Shown piece by piece: positions 8,349 to 16,489 of a stretch of 18,874 nt of DNA; the first letter of the stretch is position 1, and every line of letters begins with the position of its first letter. The notes below the pieces were generated by a model, which saw only the letters and a program-made list of their open reading frames with translations, was not told the origin of the DNA and made no database searches. The DNA is from Pseudobdellovibrionaceae bacterium (lineage in GTDB: Bacteria > Bdellovibrionota > Bdellovibrionia > Bdellovibrionales > Bdellovibrionaceae): assembly GCA_041288045.1 (NCBI GenBank), contig JBGGMM010000053.1, positions 1 through 18,874 on the forward strand, given 5' to 3'. Made by a program: the position numbers and the translations under genes.

Positions 8349-8865
8349 CGATAGTACTGTTGGTCAGGATTTTACCTTCACCGATATCCCAAACGTCAGG
8401 TGTTCCGGCCATTGGCTGGCCTGAAGCTCGAGCCAAAAACGTGCTCGCAGTTGCACTGGATGTCCCTGCTGGAACAGTCGCGCCAGACAAAGGAACGCAA
8501 GTTAACGGAGGGCAGACCGCAGCACCAGTTGTGTTGAACTGAGTGTTTTGTGAACCTTGATATCCAGTGATACCAGCGACTGCGCGATGGTTAGCAGCGA
8601 ATCCAACATGGTAATAGAACTTACCGTTGTAAGACAGCTTGTTGGCACCGAAATCTGTGGTGTAAGAATTCCACTCAGCGCGGAAAGCTTCCATTGAAGT
8701 CCACAATGTTCCAAGATTTGTCTTTGCTTCAGACTGACGAGCCTTGGCAATTTGTTTTTGCACTTGGCCAGCAGACATTGCCGCCAACACACCAATGATC
8801 GCCACAACGACCATCAGCTCCACCAGCGAGAAACCGCTCTGTGAATTGAACGTACCTTTTTTCAT
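8338..8865 (-). CDS. pilA: Type IVa pilin, probably the major pilin
   Basis: Prepilin leader MKKGTFNSQSG|FSLVELMVVVAIIGVLAA with Glu5; KARQSEAKTNL helix; C-terminal Cys pair; strong GAGGAG SD; 164-aa mature protein. Confidence 0.92.
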   Translation of the reverse strand: MKKGTFNSQSGFSLVELMVVVAIIGVLAAMSAGQVQKQIAKARQSEAKTNLGTLWTSMEAFRAEWNSYTTDFGANKLSYNGKFYYHVGFAANHRAVAGITGYQGSQNTQFNTTGAAVCPPLTCVPLSGATVPAGTSSATASTFLARASGQPMAGTPDVWDIGEGKILTNSTIGVQ

Positions 8866-8920
8866 GAAAACTCCTCTTTGTTTGATAGTCAGATCACTAA
8901 AAATCTTTCAGCTACTGGAC

Positions 8921-8947
8921 TTATCGGCTAAAAATTTTTTTTGTTTA
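8921..8947 (-). promoter_or_regulatory. Sigma28 (FliA) promoter of pilA
   Basis: Exact consensus TAAA (8947-8944)-N15-GCCGATAA (8928-8921), 55 bp upstream of the pilin ATG. Confidence 0.88.
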
Positions 8948-9022
8948 AGTTTTTTTCAGCTGATATTAAGTTTGCCAGAGGCCAATTTTCTTTTCAATCC
9001 AGCTGGACAAAGGCCGTTTAAA

Positions 9023-9102
9023 TTCCCATTTTGAAACTGGAAATCGAACTGAGACCTAACACAATTGCAGTCTGCGGCTAGACCTTTGTCTCAGTTTGAG
9101 AT
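9023..9102. promoter_or_regulatory. Cluster of candidate dimeric-regulator sites, consensus about GTYTCA-N3-TGARAY
   Basis: GTCTCA-GTT-TGAGAT (9088-9102), TTCCCA-TTT-TGAAAC (9023-9037), AAATCG-AAC-TGAGAC (9041-9055) in the divergent pilA/clpS gap; a similar site occurs at 15089-15103. Confidence 0.5.
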
Positions 9103-9153
9103 TCAATCAAATAATCCCACGAGAGCGGATTTTTTGGATTTCGAGTAATAAAA

Positions 9154-9183
9154 TTGATTCAACCTTGAGGGAGAAGATAAAAT
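9154..9183 (+). promoter_or_regulatory. Sigma70-like promoter of clpS-clpA
   Basis: TTGATT-N18-TAAAAT, ending 6 nt before the clpS ATG. Confidence 0.5.
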
Positions 9184-9189
9184 CTCATT

Positions 9190-9540
9190 ATGGAACATCT
9201 GCCGATTAAACCTCCATCTCGCCTTTCTTCCCAATCCGAACCCGGGCAACAGGGCGAGGGCGCGATTGAAACCATCGATCGTCTGGAAATTCCCAAAATG
9301 TACAAAGTCATCCTTCTCAATGATGATTTCACGCCAATGGATTTTGTGGTTCTGGTGCTTCGCCGCTTTTTTTCAAAAAATGAAGAAGAAGCGACGGCCA
9401 TTATGCTTGATGTTCATAAAAAAGGGGCCGGTGTTGCCGGAGTTTTCACTTTGGAAATGGCTGAAATGAAAACCATGCAAGTGAATCAATTCGCTCGCAT
9501 GAACCAACATCCTCTCAAATGCACTTTGGAGGCTGAATAA
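9190..9540 (+). CDS. clpS: ClpAP adaptor ClpS
   Basis: [20 protein letters not shown]...[15 protein letters not shown]...HPLKCTLE; 1-bp TAATG overlap with clpA. Confidence 0.97.
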   Translation: MEHLPIKPPSRLSSQSEPGQQGEGAIETIDRLEIPKMYKVILLNDDFTPMDFVVLVLRRFFSKNEEEATAIMLDVHKKGAGVAGVFTLEMAEMKTMQVNQFARMNQHPLKCTLEAE

Positions 9541-11816
9541 TGATGACCAAAGAATTGGAAAGACGACTGGCTGAAGCCGTGGACGACGCCAAACAGATGC
9601 GGCATGAGTTCGTGACCTTAGAACACATTCTGCTTTCGCTCTGCGAATCCCCGCTGACCAACGAGATTCTGCAAGGCTGCGGAGCCAATGTGCAGAAATT
9701 GAAAAAAGATTTAAGGGTGCTGATTAAAAAACACTGCCCGCAGATTTCAGCGGAGCAAATCGGGATTTACGGGGGCTTTGATTCCTGGCAGCCTGAATTC
9801 ACTTTGGCCTGCCACCGCTTGTTTCAAAGGGCCGCCCTGCAAGTGCGTGGAGCTGGCCGCAATCAAATCACTGAGGGCCATTTGCTGGTGGCGCTTTTCT
9901 ATGAGCAGGATTCATTTGCCGTTTACTCTCTCACTCAGCAAGGGGTTTCGCAGTTTGATTTGATCAATTTCGTCTCGCATGGAATTGAAAAAGAAGCCGA
10001 AGAAGCTGATGACTTGATCCCGCCAGCAGTCTCAGGTCCGCAGATGGATCTCGACGGCAAGCCTCAGGATGAAAGCAAAAATTCCCCGCTTGAAAATTTT
10101 TGCGTCAATTTGAACGAACGAGCCGAAAAGGGACATATTGATCCGCTGATTGGCAGGTCCGATGTTTTGGAGCGAACCATGCAAGTGCTTTGCCGGCGCA
10201 CCAAAAACAATCCGCTCCTCATCGGCGAACCTGGAGTTGGCAAAACCGCCATTGCTGAAGGGCTTGCCAGTCGCATCGTCCATCATCAAGTGCCGGATGC
10301 ACTGAAAGACAAAGTGATTTTCTCTTTGGATTTGGGAAGCCTCTTGGCTGGAACAAAATTCCGCGGTGATTTTGAAGGCCGCCTCAAAGGCGTGATCAAA
10401 GAAGTCAAAAAACGAAAAAACGCCATTCTGTTTATCGACGAGATTCACACGATCGTTGGCGCTGGGGCGACCAGTGGCGGCTCCATGGATGCCTCAAATC
10501 TTTTGAAGCCAGCTCTGGCCAATGGAGAAATCAGCTGCATTGGCTCCACCACGCATCAGGAATTTCGTCAGCATTTTGAAAAAGACCGAGCCCTCAATCG
10601 ACGCTTCCAAAAAATCGACGTCAAAGAACCCACCCATGCCGAAGCTGTCGAAATCCTCAAAGGCCTGCGCAAAAATTTTGAAGAGTATCACCAAGTGAAA
10701 TACACAGACGCAGCCTTGCAAGCGGCTGTGGATCTTTCAGCCAAGTACGTGCACTCGAAGCTTCTTCCAGATAAAGCCATCGATGTGATTGATGAAGCTG
10801 GAGCTGCTGCCCGGCTGATGGGACAAACACAGGCCGTGATCGATGAAAAAGAAGTCGAAATCGTGGTTGCGAAAATTGCCAATGTCCCATCCACCAGTGT
10901 TTCTGCCAATGACAAGGAACAGCTCAAGGATTTGGATCGAAAATTAAAAGCTTTGATTTACGGACAGGATGAGGCCATCGACCGACTGGCCGCCAGTATC
11001 AAATTTTCCCGCAGCGGCTTGGGCCGGGACGACAAACCCATTGGCTCTTATCTTTTTGCAGGCCCCACAGGAGTTGGCAAAACAGAAGTCTGCAAACAGT
11101 TGGCGATGATCATGGGAATTCCCTTTATCCGCTTTGATATGAGCGAGTACATGGAAAAACACACAGTGGCCCGATTGGTGGGAGCACCTCCGGGATATGT
11201 GGGTTACGAAGAAGGCGGCCAGCTCACCGAAGCCATCACCAAAGCACCTTATTGCGTCCTGCTTTTGGATGAAATGGAAAAAGCTCATCCGGATGTCTAC
11301 AACATTCTTCTGCAGGTGATGGATGCCGGTCGTTTGACTGATGCCAATGGACGAGTGGCCGATTTTCGCAATGTGATCCTGGTCATGACTTCCAATGCAG
11401 GGGCCGCTGATGTGGCCAGGGGTTCGATTGGAATCGTCGATCAACCCGGCCGCTTTCAATCCATGGAAGCCATCAAAAAAGTTTTTGCTCCTGAATTTAT
11501 CAATCGCTTGGACGCCATTGTGCATTTTAAAAATCTGGATGAAAGCATCGTGCTTCGAATCGTTTCGAAATTCGTCGATGAGATCCGAATGCAGCTGCAA
11601 AAGAAAAATGTCGATCTGCAAGTCGGCCAGGATGTGATCAAATGGCTGATGGAAAAAGGCTATGACAAAATTTACGGCGCAAGACCCTTGGCGCGCACAC
11701 TGGATGAACACATCAAAAAATCTTTGGTGGATGAACTTCTTTTTGGTCGCCTTTCTCAAGGTGGACGAGTCGAAGTGAGCCTCAAAGAAGGCGCCTTGCA
11801 GTTTCATTATCATTAA
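9540..11816 (+). CDS. clpA: ATP-dependent Clp protease ATP-binding subunit ClpA
   Basis: Clp N-domain (RHEFVTLEHILL), two AAA+ modules (GEPGVGKT/LFIDEIH; GPTGVGKT/LLLDEMEKAH), no ClpB middle domain, IGI ClpP-docking loop, 758 aa, follows clpS. Confidence 0.97.
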   Translation: MMTKELERRLAEAVDDAKQMRHEFVTLEHILLSLCESPLTNEILQGCGANVQKLKKDLRVLIKKHCPQISAEQIGIYGGFDSWQPEFTLACHRLFQRAALQVRGAGRNQITEGHLLVALFYEQDSFAVYSLTQQGVSQFDLINFVSHGIEKEAEEADDLIPPAVSGPQMDLDGKPQDESKNSPLENFCVNLNERAEKGHIDPLIGRSDVLERTMQVLCRRTKNNPLLIGEPGVGKTAIAEGLASRIVHHQVPDALKDKVIFSLDLGSLLAGTKFRGDFEGRLKGVIKEVKKRKNAILFIDEIHTIVGAGATSGGSMDASNLLKPALANGEISCIGSTTHQEFRQHFEKDRALNRRFQKIDVKEPTHAEAVEILKGLRKNFEEYHQVKYTDAALQAAVDLSAKYVHSKLLPDKAIDVIDEAGAAARLMGQTQAVIDEKEVEIVVAKIANVPSTSVSANDKEQLKDLDRKLKALIYGQDEAIDRLAASIKFSRSGLGRDDKPIGSYLFAGPTGVGKTEVCKQLAMIMGIPFIRFDMSEYMEKHTVARLVGAPPGYVGYEEGGQLTEAITKAPYCVLLLDEMEKAHPDVYNILLQVMDAGRLTDANGRVADFRNVILVMTSNAGAADVARGSIGIVDQPGRFQSMEAIKKVFAPEFINRLDAIVHFKNLDESIVLRIVSKFVDEIRMQLQKKNVDLQVGQDVIKWLMEKGYDKIYGARPLARTLDEHIKKSLVDELLFGRLSQGGRVEVSLKEGALQFHYH

Positions 11817-11872
11817 ACGAACGATTTTATTGTTTAAATAGAAGTATTTGAAATTATTCGGTTTTCTCTTGT

Positions 11873-11900
11873 TTGACAAATTCACTGTGCTACACAATAT
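11873..11900 (+). promoter_or_regulatory. Candidate heat-shock-type promoter of htpX
   Basis: TTGAC-N16-ACAATAT, same geometry as the dnaJ promoter; AT-rich upstream tract; AGGAGG SD at 11924-11929. Confidence 0.45.
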
Positions 11901-11936
11901 GAAGTATCAAGTGATTTTCAAACAGGAGGACACTTT

Positions 11937-12836
11937 ATGGTTTGGTTCAAACGAATCAGCCTTTTTATTCTCACCAATCTTTTGGTGATGCTCACCATCA
12001 GCATTTCGGCCAACTTGATCATGGCTTTCTTTGGAATTCAAATGCCCACCGGCCTTCAGGGACTTCTGGTCATGTGTGCGCTGTTCGGTTTTGGTGGCTC
12101 TTTGATCAGTCTCATGATTTCAAAGTGGATGGCCAAGCGCATGTACGGAGTTCAAGTGATTGCTCCCAACGTGCAAAATCACGAGCTTCGCGCTTTGGTT
12201 GAAATGGTTCACCTGTACGCCAAAAGAGCGGGCCTTCCGAAAATGCCCGAAGTCGGAATTTATGAATCCCCCGAAATCAACGCATTTGCCACAGGTCCCA
12301 GCAAATCAGACTCACTGGTCGCTGTGAGCACAGGACTTTTAGGCGCTATGAACCGAGACGAAGTTGAGGGCGTGATTGGCCACGAAATCTCTCACATTGC
12401 CAATGGCGATATGGTGACCATGACTTTGATTCAAGGTGTGGTGAATACATTTGTTATGTTTCTTTCTCGAGTGCTGGCGTCGGTGATTGCCAGTTCTGGA
12501 AATCAGGACGAAGACCGTCGGGGATCTTTTGGAATGGAGTTTATGCTGATCATGGTTTTTGATCTGCTTTTCGGAGTGCTGGCCAGCATTCTGGTCAATT
12601 ACTTTTCTCGTCGTCGTGAATTTCGTGCCGACTCTGGCGGAGCAAAAGTCGCCGGAAGAGAAAAAATGTTGGCGGGTCTTCGTAAATTGCAAGCTCAGTT
12701 CGAGCTGATTGCTCCTGACAATGGAGGAGCCGCCACTTTTAAAATTTCAAATAAATCATCGGGCCTGATGGCTTTGTTTAGCACTCACCCTCCCCTTGCT
12801 GAGCGAATCCGCCGCCTAGAGCGCAGCGGATCTTAA
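11937..12836 (+). CDS. htpX: Membrane zinc metalloprotease HtpX (M48)
   Basis: KRISLFILTNL N-terminus, INAFATG, HEISH zinc motif, NGDMVTMTLIQGVVNTF, SRRREFRAD, STHPPLAERI. Confidence 0.97.
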   Translation: MVWFKRISLFILTNLLVMLTISISANLIMAFFGIQMPTGLQGLLVMCALFGFGGSLISLMISKWMAKRMYGVQVIAPNVQNHELRALVEMVHLYAKRAGLPKMPEVGIYESPEINAFATGPSKSDSLVAVSTGLLGAMNRDEVEGVIGHEISHIANGDMVTMTLIQGVVNTFVMFLSRVLASVIASSGNQDEDRRGSFGMEFMLIMVFDLLFGVLASILVNYFSRRREFRADSGGAKVAGREKMLAGLRKLQAQFELIAPDNGGAATFKISNKSSGLMALFSTHPPLAERIRRLERSGS

Positions 12837-12873
12837 CAGATCTTAGCCAAATAAAACCACAGGCTCTTTTCTC

Positions 12874-12909
12874 ACTCCCGAATTCGCAAGGATTCGGGAG
12901 TTTTGTTTT
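12874..12909 (+). terminator. Rho-independent terminator of htpX
   Basis: ACTCCCGAATTC-GCAA-GGATTCGGGAGT stem with a GNRA loop, followed by TTTGTTTT. Confidence 0.88.
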
Positions 12910-12939
12910 GTGACAGGTGTCCTCGACTCAAATCTGGTC

Positions 12940-12969
12940 TTGAGCTTCATTGCAAGGCCTGTCTACACT
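12940..12969 (+). promoter_or_regulatory. Sigma70-like promoter of the lytic transglycosylase gene
   Basis: TTGAGC-N18-TACACT, ending 6 nt before ATG 12976; no SD. Confidence 0.5.
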
Positions 12970-12975
12970 GATGAA

Positions 12976-15081
12976 ATGAAATCCATTATCAAGCTGTCGA
13001 TTCTCTCGACGCTGGTCACTCCAGCGTTGATCACCATGAGCTGTTCCCATCTTTCGGATCGCAAAGAGGCACTCACGTCACAGCAAGAAAGCCTGCTCTT
13101 GGCCTTTCAGAAGGCCAAATCTCTTGAAGTTTCTGATCCCAGTGGAAGCTGCTCGCTTTACTCCCGCCTTTCCAAAGAAACTTTTCCATTGAAAACTCTT
13201 TCATTGATCAAAGCTCATTTGAGTTGCACAGATTTTCAATCCCTGCCGGCAGTAACGGAAAACATGATTTCAGAAGAACCTTGGTTGGGAGCTGTGGATT
13301 CAGATCGGATTCTCTCTGAAGCTGAACGGTTGAAAGAGCCAAGAGCTTTGGCTCAAGCCCATTTTAAAAAATCGCAAAAATCCCTGCGCCCTAGTGAAAA
13401 AATCCAATTGTTGGAAAAAGCTCTTACTTCTGCCAAAGAAATTTCCAATGCCACTGCTGAAGATCAAAGCCTGCAAAAAGAAATTCAGGCCAGGCTTTAC
13501 AAGCTGGCTCCCCGAATGATCCCCGAGCCCCAGGCCAAGGATCTCTATGCAGTGGGAATGGATTACATTTACCAAAGGCAATTTTCGAAAGGCCGTCAGT
13601 TTTTAAAAAGGGCCTCGAATCCCAATATCTTTTCACTGGAAGAACAGTATCAAGCGCGAAGAGCTTATCGAAATAGTTTTAAAACAGAATTAAAAAAAGA
13701 AGAGCACGTTTTAGAAGCTGGAAAATTTGCCAAATGGACGACCAAGCGAGCTTCTGCCGTTCGGATTCATGAAGCCTATACGACTTGGGCGCGAGCCGAA
13801 TGGACCATCGGTCAAGCCAGTGTGGCCAAAAAAATTCTAGCCGATGCCGAAAACCTCATGCGAAAGAAAAAATATGGTTTGGATGAAATTTATTTTATTC
13901 AAGCTCGCATGGCTGAAGAGGCCAAGGATCTGGATCAGGCCCTTTCGCTGTTGATTCAAGCTGAAAAAGAAACTCGCCCGAACAGCGCTTTTTCCTCTCG
14001 CATTCTTTTCAATCAGGCCTGGCTGTTGCGAAAGAAAATGCAGTTCCCAGAAGCCGCCGAAGCCTTTTTGAAATTGAAAAATCAGACAACAGATACTTTC
14101 GAGAAAAATCGCACCTCTTTTTGGTTGGCGCGCTCGTTGAAACAATCTGGAAAAACGGACGAAGCCAATAAGGAATTGCAGGAACTCACTCAGAATGATC
14201 CCTTGGGATATTATGGACTGGTGGCTTATCGTGAGCTGAATCTAGACATTCCCCCACTGCAAATCGAACAAAAACTGGCAGTTGAAGAACCACGTCCGCC
14301 AGCAGTCGATTTGAAAGATCACGAGCTGATTCGAGCATTGATCTTTGTTGGTGAATCCGAGATTTTGGGACGCTATCTTGATGCAAAGACATCAGATCTG
14401 CGAAGCCAACAGAATATGGAGCAAGCCACTTGGCTCTATTTCCTGAAAGCCTATGCTCGCGCTGGACTTTACAATCCCCTGTTCCAACAAATTGGTGTTT
14501 TACCAATTGAATTCAAAAGCAAACTGCTGGCGCAAAATCCAGAGCTTCTTTTCCCGAGAAAATTTTTGGATCTCATTCAGGCTGCCGGTGAAAAATTCAA
14601 AGTTCGCCCAGAGCTAATGCTCTCGATCATTCGCCAGGAATCGGCCTTCAACCCCACAGCAAGATCCAGTGCAGATGCCATGGGCCTGATGCAAGTTCTG
14701 CCTTCAGTGGCTAAAGAGCATGAGAAATACACCGGCTTGAAACTGGAACATTTTGAAGATCTCTACAAACCTGAATTCAATATTCCAGTCGGCGCTTCGC
14801 TCTTAGCGGATTTGGGACGCAAATACCGGGGACAATTTTTGCTCACAGCAGCTGCTTACAACGCCAATGAAAAAGCAATTGAAGGCTGGCTCAAAACGAG
14901 ACTGGAAACGGATCCGCTGGAATTTATCGAAGACATTCCCTATGAAGAGACAAGAGCTTACGTCAAGTTGGTGCTTCGAAACTTCATTTTTTACTCGCGC
15001 TTGGCGGCCCCGGCGAAAACACTGGCTTTCCCTAATTGGTGTCTAGAGGATTTACAGTCCTTTAAAGTGTCGACAAGATAG
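12976..15081 (+). CDS. Slt70-like lytic transglycosylase with TPR-like superhelix, probable lipoprotein (~701 aa)
   Basis: C-terminal SLT domain: IIRQESAFNP (catalytic Glu), AMGLMQV, AAYNA, IPYEETRAYVK. Start moved to ATG 12976, which gives the signal peptide MKSIIKLSILSTLVTPALITMS-C. Confidence 0.9.
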   Translation: MKSIIKLSILSTLVTPALITMSCSHLSDRKEALTSQQESLLLAFQKAKSLEVSDPSGSCSLYSRLSKETFPLKTLSLIKAHLSCTDFQSLPAVTENMISEEPWLGAVDSDRILSEAERLKEPRALAQAHFKKSQKSLRPSEKIQLLEKALTSAKEISNATAEDQSLQKEIQARLYKLAPRMIPEPQAKDLYAVGMDYIYQRQFSKGRQFLKRASNPNIFSLEEQYQARRAYRNSFKTELKKEEHVLEAGKFAKWTTKRASAVRIHEAYTTWARAEWTIGQASVAKKILADAENLMRKKKYGLDEIYFIQARMAEEAKDLDQALSLLIQAEKETRPNSAFSSRILFNQAWLLRKKMQFPEAAEAFLKLKNQTTDTFEKNRTSFWLARSLKQSGKTDEANKELQELTQNDPLGYYGLVAYRELNLDIPPLQIEQKLAVEEPRPPAVDLKDHELIRALIFVGESEILGRYLDAKTSDLRSQQNMEQATWLYFLKAYARAGLYNPLFQQIGVLPIEFKSKLLAQNPELLFPRKFLDLIQAAGEKFKVRPELMLSIIRQESAFNPTARSSADAMGLMQVLPSVAKEHEKYTGLKLEHFEDLYKPEFNIPVGASLLADLGRKYRGQFLLTAAAYNANEKAIEGWLKTRLETDPLEFIEDIPYEETRAYVKLVLRNFIFYSRLAAPAKTLAFPNWCLEDLQSFKVSTR

Positions 15082-15147
15082 ACTGTGTGTTTCAGTATGA
15101 AATCTCTATGATTTCAACGGCTTAAAAGGCCAATTTCAAAAATCAGC

Positions 15148-15164
15148 CTGGCCCCCCGTTTGCT
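15148..15164 (+). promoter_or_regulatory. Sigma54 (-24/-12) promoter of the S8 protease
   Basis: CTGGCCCCCCGTTTGCT: TGGC...TTGCT with exact GG-N10-GC spacing, 26 nt before the ATG; GGAGG SD. Confidence 0.72.
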
Positions 15165-15190
15165 CTTATAGATCAGCAGACGGAGGATCG

Positions 15191-16489
15191 ATGAAAACAT
15201 CTCTGCTGATTCTGCTTGGTGTTCTGTTACTGACGGGCGTCGGCGCCTATGTGGAACACATTTCTCATTCCTCAGTTGATTCTGCTGATCTTCCCTCGAA
15301 AAAGAGACCTCTGCAATTGACCGAAGCCTCTTCAGCTTCCTTTCTTTCCAAAGAACAACAAGTGATGATGAACGATCCTGCCATCCACCAGGCTTGGGGA
15401 TTGAAGAAATCAGATGCCGCTCGCGCTTGGGAAGTTTCTCAGGGCAGCCGCAATGTGATCGTCGCTGTGATTGATACTGGGATTGATAAAAATCATGAAG
15501 ATCTCTCCGGCAATTTATGGAGAAATCCAGGCGAGTCTGGTTTGGATGATATGGGTCGCAACAAAGCCAGCAATGGAAAAGACGACGATGGCAATGGCTT
15601 CGTGGATGATGTCTCTGGCTGGAACTTTGTCGCTAACAATAGCGATCTCACCGACAATCATGGCCACGGCACCCACATTGCCGGAATCATCGGAGCCGAA
15701 GCTGGAAATGGCAAAGGCATCGCCGGAATTGCCCCGCAAGTGTCACTGATGGTTTTGAAATATTATGATCCAAAAGTTCCTGGCACCGACAATCTGAAAA
15801 ACACAGTCAACGCCATTAAATATGCAGTGAAAATGAAAGCTCAGATCATCAATTATTCTGGTGGTGGAACTGAATTTTCAAAAGACGAATATGAGGCCAT
15901 TGAAGAAGCTCGCAAACAGGGAGTTCTGTTTGTTGCAGCTGCTGGAAATGAGCGCTCCAACTCAGATAAAAACAAATACTACCCTGCTGACTACGGACTT
16001 TCGAATATCATTTCAGTCACTGCCATTGATCCTTCTACCGAAGTTCTTTCTTCATCCAATTACGGAGTTGAAACAGTCGATATTGCAGCTCCTGGACAAA
16101 ACATTCTTTCCACTCTGCCAAACAATGCTTACGGTTATATGACAGGGACTTCTCAAGCCACAGCTTTTGCAACTGGTGCGGCTGTTTTGGCAATGGCTCA
16201 CAAGGGACTGACTCTCGGTGAAGATGTGAAGAAATTTATTCTGCGGACTGGTGACGCCAATCAAAGTCTTTTGGCGAAATGCCGGACTTCGAAACAGCTC
16301 AATCTTTTTAAAGTTCTGACTGTGAAAGATTCTGATGAAGGAGCTTCCGGAGTGGTTGCTGCCAACACCACGGATCTGCACCAAAAATTCACAGTGGATT
16401 CGAATTCTCAAACGCAAAGAGGAATTTCAGGATTTGGCAAAGACCTGATGCAGACTTTGGAGCATAAATCATTGTCGAAGAAAAATTAG
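15191..16489 (+). CDS. Secreted subtilisin-family (S8) serine protease
   Basis: Signal peptide; triad motifs VIDTG, HGHGTHIAG, GTSQAT; oxyanion AAAGNE; Ca-binding-like NGKDDDGNGFVDDVSGWNF loop. Confidence 0.95.
   Translation: MKTSLLILLGVLLLTGVGAYVEHISHSSVDSADLPSKKRPLQLTEASSASFLSKEQQVMMNDPAIHQAWGLKKSDAARAWEVSQGSRNVIVAVIDTGIDKNHEDLSGNLWRNPGESGLDDMGRNKASNGKDDDGNGFVDDVSGWNFVANNSDLTDNHGHGTHIAGIIGAEAGNGKGIAGIAPQVSLMVLKYYDPKVPGTDNLKNTVNAIKYAVKMKAQIINYSGGGTEFSKDEYEAIEEARKQGVLFVAAAGNERSNSDKNKYYPADYGLSNIISVTAIDPSTEVLSSSNYGVETVDIAAPGQNILSTLPNNAYGYMTGTSQATAFATGAAVLAMAHKGLTLGEDVKKFILRTGDANQSLLAKCRTSKQLNLFKVLTVKDSDEGASGVVAANTTDLHQKFTVDSNSQTQRGISGFGKDLMQTLEHKSLSKKN

Noticed and set aside
8960..8990. Possible sigma54 promoter for pilA (two TGGC on the minus strand)
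   Set aside because: Neither TGGC has GC at the required GG-N10-GC spacing.
8956..9007. Short palindromes TCAGCTGA (8956-8963) and TCCAGCTGGA (8998-9007)
   Set aside because: Too short to distinguish from chance without comparative data.
10944..11897. 317-aa minus-strand ORF opposite clpA
   Set aside because: Antisense shadow of a conserved gene; no recognisable motifs.
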